Part shown: in pieces, positions 54,526 to 64,000 of the stretch
Position numbering within the stretch: the first letter of the stretch is position 1
Layout: every line of letters begins with the position of its first letter
NCBI GenBank assembly: GCA_051294375.1
Contig: CM119270.1
Location: 8,173,063-8,237,062, forward strand
DNA: 64,000 bases
Reading direction: 5' to 3'
DNA from: Paraspadella gotoi
Taxonomy: Eukaryota > Animalia > Chaetognatha
Made by a program: the position numbers and the translations under genes
Notes under the pieces: model-generated
What the model was told of the DNA's origin: nothing
Databases searched by the model: none
The model's input: the letters and a program-made list of their open reading frames with translations, nothing else

Positions 54526-55734
54526 ACAACGTGAGTTTTTTGATAACTATTATTTTTTTATTATTTGCATTATTCAAAAACCCGTAGAAACTTAATTCTA
54601 ACGGGCCGACGGTTACTTGATTTTTATGGTGAATGAAAATGTCTCAGGAAACCAAATAAAGAAACTAATGACCTTCAAAAGATCTTCAGTCACTAAAATA
54701 ACGGTCATTGGATTTGACCGAGAGAGGAAAGATAGGCGAGGCATAATATCTACATTGTATGACAATTGTGAGTGACAATTGTGAAGCGACGATTGTGAGG
54801 GTTGACTAGGACTAGCTCTGACGAACAAGCCCCTGAGGTTTTTTTAATTATTTCTGTATACGGGCCAAGTAGAATTGATGGGCAATATTATTAATATTAA
54901 GTTTCAAAAAAAAAAAATCCAACCATAAATATAGAAAATATTAACCAAAATTTTGGAAAATCCACCCCTTCTTTGGAAGATTTTCGCCATTAGAAATTTT
55001 TCCCGAATCTGACTCCCGGTTGAAAACTCTTTAGAATTCCGATTGTTAGCTTCCTCTTTTACTTTTACTTTAAATAAAAAATTTCACCAAAATGGACTAA
55101 TTCACTTTACCATTGATTCGTAATCAGATCAAAATAACCAAATAAAATTGATAAGAAAAAATTTTGAGAGCCCTTTAGACACTTGCCAAAGGATTCCAAA
55201 ATTAGACCTCATTTGTTAAACAGGAACATACCTCAGTCACGTTATATCGGTTTTCAAGGAAAAATTCCCTTTCATTTCTATATAAAATCAGAAGATGGAA
55301 AATTTTCCACAGCGAGAAGCCAGTCTATTTGTTTCTGGCTTGTTTGATATCAAGATGATTGATTGATTTTGACAAGAGCGAAAAAAAATGCGAGCCCTTA
55401 GAGCACAGGATCGGAATCAAGGTGTTTTTTACATACGATATTTTACTCAGAATTTTTTACCAGGAAGCGTTTATATTGTTTTGGTGTCAGATTTGAACGA
55501 AATCTCCATTGAAAAAGTCTTCCTCGATCTCTAAGAACGAACGTAGACTCCTAAGTGACGATCGTGAAGTCAGTCTTGAATGCGTGTTCATAAATGAACG
55601 ATTTTTAATTAACGTTAGTTTTGCTGGCAGGATCACCTAAATATTTTGTAATCGTATCTATTACTCTTTTTGTTCTCTTTTGATTTCTCTTACATGTTCT
55701 GTTATTATTATATTATTTTTATCATTTACATTGA

Positions 55735-57267
55735 TCACAGACGAGATTTAATTTGATTGTCTGAAGACAAAAAACGACTTATTTCCGTTGAGACGACATC
55801 GGCCTTTTCGATCGGCACCGAATGTCCGCAAGAAGTAATCATGACCAATTGACTGCCGGCAATTCCTACATTCATAAGGATAATTGTGAATAAACAAAAA
55901 AGATTGGTTAATTTAGCCAAATTTGGGCAAGACCTAGATGAAGAACTTTTGCCCCATGACAATGAATGATGGCATCAGAGTCGCCCCAGAGCACCAGAGT
56001 GGGACATTTAACAGAAGTCATGTAAACGTTGGTAAGGTTTGACATTGGATCGTTCATCTGTTTAAATTAGAGACAGAAAAAATTGATTTTCACAACGAAT
56101 TGTATTTATTAAAGATGCACGCATGTTTCGAACAATTGTTTTGTTCATCATCAGTGCATTTTGACATTTTGAAATACAAAATTTTGGCAAGTCAAGAAAA
56201 TAAAGGTCAAATGAGAAATAATGCACAGGTAGTAAATTGATCTTTACATTGAAATAATGTATAACTAATAGTAAATGCAAATGAACTAAAAAGTGAAATA
56301 ATAACAACAACAAGTGAAATAAATTATAGTTTTGTAATTTGTTAATAATGAAAGGAAAATTTAAATTTGTAAGTGAAATGAGAAAGGTAAAGAAAAGAAG
56401 CTCAAAGTGAGCAGTTTAAATTCAAACTATTTTCGAATTTGTTTTGATAAAATTCGTGACCTTACCCTAACAAACCTGAACTCGAAGAAAATTCCACATT
56501 TTTTTATAAGCGGGATTATATGGCCTTCTTTTTTCCAGGAATGCGGCCAATTGCTCTGACGAAAAGCGTAGTGATTCCTTGTTACAAACCAACACATTCA
56601 TATTAAACCTCATTTCCTCGATCGTTTCGGGGATGAGGTATTTGCGGAGCGGATTTTCTACATCGTTGTCTTCATCGTCCTCGGTGATGTTTTCCTTTTT
56701 CGATCGGTACTCCAGCATAGCGTCATAAAATTCCGAGGTTTCAGGGAAGGTAGCCATTGCAGGACAAATGGCGATCAAGCTCCGCACCTCATCTGGATAC
56801 AACGCCGCCATGATGACGCCCACGGTCCCCCCAGCGAATGTCCTCCGACGTGGTAGCGGCCTAGACCTAATTCCCGGGTGCAGCGAGACAGATACAAAGC
56901 GGACAAACGGAAAAAAGTCTTTGATCGGCTCTCACCGAGTGTTTCCGTGAATTGGTGAACGCGTACGGCCATGTCTTTGGGTGTGAAACCGTCGGTTTCT
57001 CGGAAGGTCGTTGACCCGTGGCCCGGAAGATCAACGGCAATAACATGCAGAGAATCTGGTAGCTTCTCTAAAACCGCCCGCCATGTTCCTTTAGATCTGT
57101 TTTGTAGCAATTAATTTAGAAGGGAAGAGGGAAGCGTCCAACGGCTCATTCCATTACCCGGTGAATCCGTGGATCAAAATGAGGGTGTCGTTGAGCGACT
57201 GATCGCCCTGTTCGACAAAGGACACTTCATAGTCGGGATCGTCCGATAACTTAATTTTTTTCAGCAT
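55735..57267 (-). CDS. Alpha/beta-hydrolase-fold lipase/esterase, ABHD6-like, ~305 aa, C-terminal PTS1 (SRL)
   Basis: Exons 57267-57158, 57096-56936, 56866-56476, 56057-55934 and 55865-55735, all GT-AG and phase-compatible. Motifs: LIHGFTG (oxyanion), AVDLPGHG, GHSLGG (nucleophile), LVLWGDSD (acid), CGHSV (His). A single 1-bp deletion in the G-run near 56826 must be corrected; the duplicate copy has the extra C (gggggcaccgt). Confidence 0.88.
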
Positions 57268-57304
57268 GACGCGTTTTTTACGCTTTTTTTTTTAAACGAT
57301 AAAC

Positions 57305-57630
57305 TAGGGATCGTTCGAGTCGACGTTCCGATCAAAAATCCTCTAAATTTCGTTTCTATTCAAAACTGCATAGTCAGGGCCGCACCAAATTATGTCAATA
57401 TGGGCAGATTTCGAAAGCATAGCTGCTTGGTAAGCCAACGGAGGTAGAGCGCGATCGAAATTCCCATTTTATCATGCCAAAAGTTGGTGTTTAAATCGAC
57501 TGGTCAGGCTGTTTTTTCCCTATTCCCAAAAGGCTTCCTGGCTCGTTAGTAATATAAGATTAAACCATACATTACAGTACGGTTTCGGAGAGCTTATTGT
57601 CTTCTCTACATGATGAAAAAAAGAAAAGTT
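57305..57630 (+). mobile_element. Diverged copy of the 53895-54170 repeat arm, immediately upstream of the hydrolase ATG
   Basis: taggg-atcgttcgagtcgacgttccgatcaa...aactgcatagtca...ggcagattt...gaaattcccattttatca...ttggtgtttaaat aligns to 53895-54170. Confidence 0.65.
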
Positions 57631-59092
57631 GCAATCTTAAATACTTGATATTTTTTGTTCTAAAACCATCGAAATAAACTAATTCAGGTAGAGCTCGGGG
57701 ATAAATTCATTGTATTTATATTACGTCTTGTACATTTTGTATTTTAAAGATCAAGTTTCATCTTTCAATATCTTTTATACAGTAATTTCTTTAAAATGCC
57801 TTTTTTTGTTTCGAATTCCCTGTTTTTTTGGCAGATAGAGAAATAAAAATTTCGCCAAACACCTCCGATCCCTATCATTTGTTCTTTTATAGTTTCTCTT
57901 TAACATTCTATCATAATTACAATATTTTTATAACTTTTATAACTTTTATTCTCAACAGAATTTTATATTTTCCTACTTTTGATTATTTAATTCTCTCTTA
58001 TGAGGCCCGGATCGCGCCTAATCAGAAACGCCGATCTAAAGCTTAGAAATACGCCTAGTACAAATCCTTGGTGGTTCAAAATGAGTTCGATTATTCGATT
58101 ATTCGATTTTGCTGAAATTTTGCATTCAGATAATATTCAAAATTTCCTATCGATTGTTACCCAATTCATTAAAAATACTTAATTGTTTAGAAACGATGCT
58201 CACACCCACACACAGTATGTTAAGTTTTAACCAGAGATTACACAGTAGGGTGAAGTGAAAGTTTGGAATCAAAATTTAGCAGTTATATCTTGAAAACTAT
58301 CATATTAGTGAATACTAATCTGTAGTTAATTTTTTTTTTACAAATATAGTAGCCCAGTCAGCTTATTTTGTAGATAGTACTACCTTTATATAATGTCAAA
58401 ATTTTAAAATAGTTTTTTTTTTAATTCTGAGAACAGATTAAGATTCCTTGTTAAAAGTTGATAAAAGAAAATATAAATCTTTTTCAAAAATTATATCATT
58501 AAGTAGGTTAAAATTATAAAAAACTATATTTTTAAACCAGAAATTAAAAATTATTGAGAAGAATTATACTTTCTTATGTTAACTTTTTGCAAGGAATCCA
58601 AATCCGATCTTAAAATTTAAAAATTTTCAATTTGAAATTTTAGCCTATTATATACTTAATACTATATATAAATATAGCTTACTGGTACCCATCAATGTAT
58701 AAAATTTAAAAAAAAAACTTATCAAAATATTTTTATTACTTTTTATTTTTATGTTTTGTATGTGAAATTTTAATTTTCTAAAATTTTATCATTTTCACAT
58801 CACTCTATTAAATTTACACAGGCTCTCTTTTTGTACACGATTAACTTGATTCTGTTGCTTCCGATTCTGCGGAAAAAACTGATTGATTATTCGTAAAAAA
58901 TTTTGCGTGAAATACGTTTCTCGTTGCACGAGGCTCCGCCTATTACAAAATTACGAACTTTCAATCATCGTTATTCCTTTTTATCGATTAAAAAATCTTC
59001 CCTAAAAAAGTTAGCCTATCCCAAATCGGCAACATTTTCCATCTTTATAAAACTAAATGTAAAGAATCGTAACGTAACCGAAATAAGTGAGA

Positions 59093-60836
59093 ATGACGAA
59101 GACGTCAAAGTTGACGCCTCGACGGACGACGCGAACGACGGAGGTCGCGCTCTTCATCTTAACAACGACGACTTTCCTGATCGGACGCTGCCAAAGCCAG
59201 AGCCAGAGCTCGGAAGGCAGCGGCGGAAGCGGCGGGAGCGGCAGCGGAGAGGGCAGCGGCGGTGGCAGCGGCAATGAGGCAGCGGAAACGAGCAACAACT
59301 GCCGCACAGGAAAGTTTTGCGTGACGCATCAACACGAGGGACAGACAAGGACCTTCTCGTCGGAGGGTTGCTGCAAAGGATCAAGTGAGACATTTGTGTA
59401 GGATGCTGTCACGGATCGCGATGAGATTGAAGCTGAAAATGAATGTATTGCTGCTAAGGATCGAGTAGGCTTGAAACGGATAGAAACTCAATACATATTT
59501 TTGAACTTTTAACTTCCCCCACATTTCATCCCAGGCCTCAACGTTCCCTACTGCGCGGAACTCTGCAAAGATTGTGAAGGGTACGGCGGGACCTGCGAGA
59601 CTTACAACATGCCCAACGCGGGCAACGACCCCTCCGTCCAGTTTTTGCAAGGCAGCCGCAGCGAGAACCTCTCGCAAAACAATTCCAAGCCGGCACCCGC
59701 CAAACCCAATTGCACCTGCGAAGCGGCGGGCCCGGCGGAGGGCGGGAGGATCCACGCCGTCGTCGCTGCCGTCGTCACGGCCTTGGGGGGCAAAATCGGC
59801 CCTTATGACGGTTGGGGGTGAGAGAAGGGAAAGGATAGAGGGAGTAAGGGTCGACGAATCCGTAGCCAAGCTACCGTTAAGTTTGTTTGCCAGAGACACA
59901 AATTATTAGATAATTTCAAGTTAATTGTCGAAACATACTTTTTTCGTTTACCTTGGTTTAAAATAATATTTTCTTCAAAATTTTACATTGGTTGTAAATC
60001 TATTTTTCTCGTTTATTGTGCTTTACTGATTAAATTGAATGTAATCTCTACATCAATCGACGTTTAAATTTGATACGCTACATAGAAATATTAATATAAG
60101 AATTTGAAAGAAAAAATGAAATAACACCAGAAAAAATAATAAAATAAAATTGGTGTAGGAAACCTCATAAGCATCATCATTATCATCAAAAACAACTACA
60201 TCATCCTGGTCTTTCCCGCGCGAGAGCGACCATTAATTTGTCACGAACCAGAAATTTAGGGCAGAATCATTTAAAAGCATCGCGTCCGGCGTTGCCGCCG
60301 ACGCTGCCGACCCTGCCAACGCAGCCCGCCGCCGAAGCCGGATTTGAAGGTGATAAGAAAGGGAGAGGTGTTTCTAATATCGGTGAACGAAGGTTCTGCT
60401 GAAGAGAAATTTATGTGTCCGAGGAGCAAAACAGAAAAGAAAGAAAGAGAGAANNNNNNNNNNAGAGAGAGAGAGAGAGACAATACGAGCAAAACAAAAA
60501 AAAGGAGAAAGAGAGAGAGAGAGACAATACGAATTTTTGCGATGATAGGAAGCGTGCAATATACGTCATATGTAAATTATAATCCTCATCAATTGATTAT
60601 CTTTATCTCTCTCTCTCTCAAACAGGGGGTTGACATAAAAATAAGAAAAAAACTATAAGGAATCTGCCATGAACTATATAAAATTCATCAACCATTTAGA
60701 CATTCGACGTAAAGACATTAACACCTTTAAACGAGTCAAAGCCTTCAGGGTCGGAGGTTCCATCAACGGAAGCGTCGCTCGGATTCCATCAAAACCCCGA
60801 AGGACGTTGCCAGTCAATGGATCCAGAAATTGGTGA
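59093..60836 (+). CDS. Type-I membrane protein, ~281 aa: signal peptide, Gly/Ser linker, 10-Cys CCxG + NIM/EGF-like ectodomain, TM helix, basic tail
   Basis: Exons 59093-59384, 59535-59789, 60159-60208, 60278-60349 and 60660-60836 join in phase: ...VALFILTTTTFLIGRCQS...EGCCKGSSLNVPYCAELCKDCEGYGGTC...NCTCE...IHAVVAAVVTALG|GNLISIIIIIKNNYIIL|HRVRRCRRRCRPC...|ESAMNYIKF...SRNW*. Intron 2 needs a GC donor at 59790; an alternative phase-1 GT donor lies at 59811. Confidence 0.65.
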
Positions 60837-61447
60837 AGATCCTACTTGGAATAATAGTTTCGTGGTCATCGTCCTTGGTTTAACAACCCTTTTAATGTAT
60901 TAATGTATTAGCTCACGTAGTAATTTCGAGGTAAATTAGTGATTGCAGATCTCGATGCTTACATAGCAATAATGAAAATGTATTGGGTAGACGGGGGTTA
61001 TTCACACCATGTTTTATTTTAACTTATTAAAAGTTTTTCATTCGTCGTTACTAATCGCTAAAATTTTGTAAAAATTAATCAAGTAATTTTTATAATTTTT
61101 GTAATTTTTGAAATTAATTCGTTAGCTCTATCCTATTCCATAAATTTATGGTTTTGATGCACTCAGGGTGATGACGACGCTTTTTCGAAGAATTTTTCCT
61201 TACTTAAAGGCAATAGTCTTAAAATAAAAAAGTGTAGGTTAAATAAAAAATCCGTTTTTGATTTTGTCGCCGAATGATTTCAGCTTCTATCGAATCCTCG
61301 TTCAGGGAAAAACTAAGTGACGCTTCGTCTTACAAAAACTAATAAGAGAAGACATAACTATCTTATTCAGGGCATTAGCGCTTATTTAGTCCTCGCTCGT
61401 CGGCGGCATCCTCATAGTTATTTGCGGTTCACACCGCCCTCGTCGTC

Positions 61448-62930
61448 ATGGGAAATGGGGACAAAAAACCCGTGAAAAAACGAAGGAAGAAAATATTTTG
61501 GTTTTTCTGCACTTACCTCCTTTGTTATCTTTGGACGCTGGGCACCGACATTGGCGGGTGGGCATTCAACTTTTACACAGTCGCAACATACTTCATGCAG
61601 GGAAACGCTATTTGGGGGTGAGAGAGAAAATTGGCGGGAATAAGAGAAAGGGAGAGACTCTTAGTTTCCATATATTATATTATAATATGGTTAGGTATTC
61701 AAGGACTAGGATTAAGGGTTTAAATTGGATTAAAAGTAAGGGTTAAAGGTTACGGTTAGGGACTTGATTAGGGTTAAGCTAGGGATTAGAGTAAGGGAAC
61801 GGATTATAGGTTTAGTAATAGATTGGGGTTAAATATTCGGGTGAAGATTTAAGAGAGTCATATTTTTTTTTAAACATCGCCGGACAGAATCGTTCAGCTA
61901 TGCATCATGGCGTTCTCCAACGTCATCACGTTAATCTACTGCATCCTTCGACTCCACAAAAAGGTCGAGTTATATCCCAACATGTGGCAAAGGCGTTCAA
62001 GTCGCATTTTGGTGACGACGGGACTCATCTTCGGCCTCTCGGAGTCGCTCTTCGCGCTAGACATGTTCGTCGACAGATTAAAGATATTTTCCGCAAAAGG
62101 TGGAAGTTTGTCGTTTTGAGGAAGGGAATAAATCAACCGGAGGTTTTTGATTTCAACTAGCCACCGGTGTAAATTCGAATACTGAAATATTGAGAAAAAA
62201 AATATGTCCCGTTGTCATGTCTTGATAATATCCCTGGTTCCATCGTCTACAATCTTGATGTCCACCGTGCAGTTCGTGAGGACATTTTTGAGATTGACCC
62301 CGAGATTGACGCCGAGGCGATCTCCAAGGACGAACTCAAGTACCTCGAAATCTGCAAGGTCAAGATTATGCTCAAGTATTCCCGGAATCTCTGGACGGCA
62401 ACACTCCACGCCAACTATCTTTTGAATTACGTGCGTCTCGATGTAGAATTTTTCGCGTGTGTGTGTGTGTCTCATTACATTACCTGTCTGGTTTGGGTTT
62501 GCGCGTTTCTATCAGATATTCTACTTTTTTCACATATTGTAATAATTTTTTTTTTCGTTTCCCCTTATCAATTATAATGATTGCTGTACCCTTATTGCCC
62601 AAGGTAGCCTTTAAATACCAGAGATACTGCCTTCCTTGGCGGAATTCCTTACTCAAGTTGGATAAGGACAAGCTGAGTGAAATCCAGGGCTTCGTCGCGG
62701 AAACGCTCGATGATGGTGAGTTGCGCAAGACAGTGCTCCGAGAGTCAATTTTGAACGACAATACAAATATAATAAAGATTTAGTTTGTAAACCGTTCATA
62801 ATAAAGATATTCCGGAGCTTTGGATCATGCTGTAGCACCCGGCTCCGGGAGGATTAAGTGCTCCCTTCTACTTACCTTTTGGTTAACAGGCGAATGTCTT
62901 GACTCCAGATCCAATGATCTCTCAAAATGA
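61448..62930 (+). CDS. Divergent XK-related (XKR-like) multi-pass membrane protein, ~230 aa as modelled
   Basis: Exons 61448-61617, 61888-62099, 62273-62430, 62604-62715 and a tentative 62890-62930, all GT-AG and in phase. The N-terminus MGNGDKKPVKKRRKKIFWFFCTYLLCYLWTLGTDIGGWAFNFYTVATYFMQGNAIWGIVQLCIMAFSNVITLIYC resembles the XK TM1-D...Y..G..W-TM2 pattern. The gene is well supported; the family call and last exon less so. Confidence 0.6.
61690..61830 (+). repeat. Degenerate TTAGGG-like minisatellite in intron 1 of the XK-like gene
   Basis: ggttaggg / ttagggtt / gtaaggg variants. Confidence 0.6.
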
Positions 62931-63023
62931 TTTATGTAGTTTAATTAACTACAGTGTGTCCCAATGGTACTGTCAGTTAAGAAAAGCTTACTGCTCCGAT
63001 ACCAGATCAAAAAACTTTAATTT

Positions 63024-63258
63024 ATGGCAACGGGAGGATAGCCTGTGATACCCGGGGCGCGGGGTATCTCACCAACTGGCGTAGGGGCTGCGGACCCTCA
63101 GTGACCGCCTCCTGTCACTGGCATGTTTATACCGGCACCGTCACATTTAAGCCAGAACAGGGATACCCAGGGATTGAACCCGGGACGCACGGATGGAACG
63201 AGATGATTTAGCCTGCTCAGCCATTGAGACGAGGCTGAGGACGGACAGCAGTGAGGCA
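63024..63258 (-). mobile_element. tRNA-head SINE-like element, copy C
   Basis: The minus strand has an A-box-like TGGCTGAGCAGG (63223-63212) and a B-box GGTTCAATCC (63180-63171) at Pol III type-2 spacing. These are followed by the hairpin domain shared with 35297-35395 and an AT-rich tail. Confidence 0.7.
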
Positions 63259-64000
63259 GCTTTAAGTCTTGCTGCCACAAATTCATTATAATGAATATGC
63301 GCACAAGTATAAACCATTTTATATTATACCTAAATTTTAAAAATTGAACAAAGCAAACTCCTGTAGTTATTACATAAAGCAATTGGTAAAAAAAAAATTT
63401 TTAGTGATTTTTTTTTTTAAATTTTAAATAATATATTTTTTATTATTTATCAAATATTTTTTATAATATTGGTTAAATAATGTTTTAAATTTATATTTTT
63501 TGAAGACAGGAAAGTAAGAAACTTATTCATATTTTTAGCTCCAGAGCTTTCATAATGCAGTAATCCTTATTTTTAAAATTATAAACTTTCCTTGTTCATA
63601 TTACTTTTTTAATTGATTTAATAATAATTTATTGAATAAATAGAAACCATTTTGTTCTGGCTTAATGATTCAATCGCTCACAACTTCAAATAATAAAATT
63701 TAAATATCATTTGATCTTTAAATTTTAAATTAATAATTAGCATATTTTTATAATTTTTTTATTTTTTTTATTTCTTTTTATTAATGCACTTATTTTATAC
63801 AAATTATAATTTAAATAATTTATATCTATTTAAATATTTTTTACATAATTTTTGTAATAAAATTTATTTTAAAATAATAAAAAATATCTAAAAATTAAAA
63901 AAGTGAGAAATGAGGACTCATTTAAATTGAATGTTCTGCAAAGAAAAATTGATATAAATTGAATTCAAAATATAGTATCATAAATGGTAAGAACTTATCT

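Noticed and set aside
59399-59465. TAG read-through extending exon 1 (DAVTDRDEIEAENEC...)
   Set aside because: A phase-compatible GTGAGA donor at 59385 precedes the stop and joins exon 2 in frame, so no recoding is needed.
61371-61500. Alternative TM-encoding last exon for the NIM-like gene
   Set aside because: Nearer exons (60159-60836) complete the protein in phase. This stretch overlaps the start of the XK-like gene.
63160-63232. Functional tRNA gene
   Set aside because: A and B boxes are present, but acceptor and anticodon stems do not pair. It is embedded in a dispersed repeat.
63235-63290. CTGAGGA as a hammerhead ribozyme core (also ctgatga at 21252 and 43205, and tcatcag at 42057)
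   Set aside because: No stem II followed by GAAA and no matching stems I/III were found. The motif is not conserved in copy A.

Overview
Eukaryotic (probably invertebrate animal) draft-assembly window. It is AT-rich, dense in (GA)n/(TC)n microsatellites, and has ten N-gaps. Most ORFs in the supplied track are microsatellite or gap artefacts. Spliced genes I could reconstruct by hand: (1) a 5-exon ABHD6-like alpha/beta hydrolase ending in the PTS1 tripeptide SRL (-, 55735-57267); (2) a 5-exon type-I membrane protein with a CCxG + NIM/EGF-like Cys pattern (+, 59093-60836); (3) a divergent, short XK-related multi-pass membrane protein (+, 61448-62930); (4) a 76-aa glycine-zipper peptide (+, 28526-28756); (5) noisy exons of a probable charged/coiled-coil protein (~40600-43100). 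Dispersed repeats include a ~240-nt hairpin-rich SINE-like element whose two diverged copies show a compensatory base change, an L2/CR1-tail-like repeat, and a non-autonomous element carrying a TTAGGG-containing minisatellite. Large near-duplicates (16.4-23.2 vs 23.3-28.9 kb; 50.7-53.9 vs 53.9-57.0 kb; 35.0-35.5 vs 48.3-48.9 kb) carry indel-type noise and are most likely unpolished long-read or haplotype assembly artefacts. No database searches were run. All family calls come from motif recognition.
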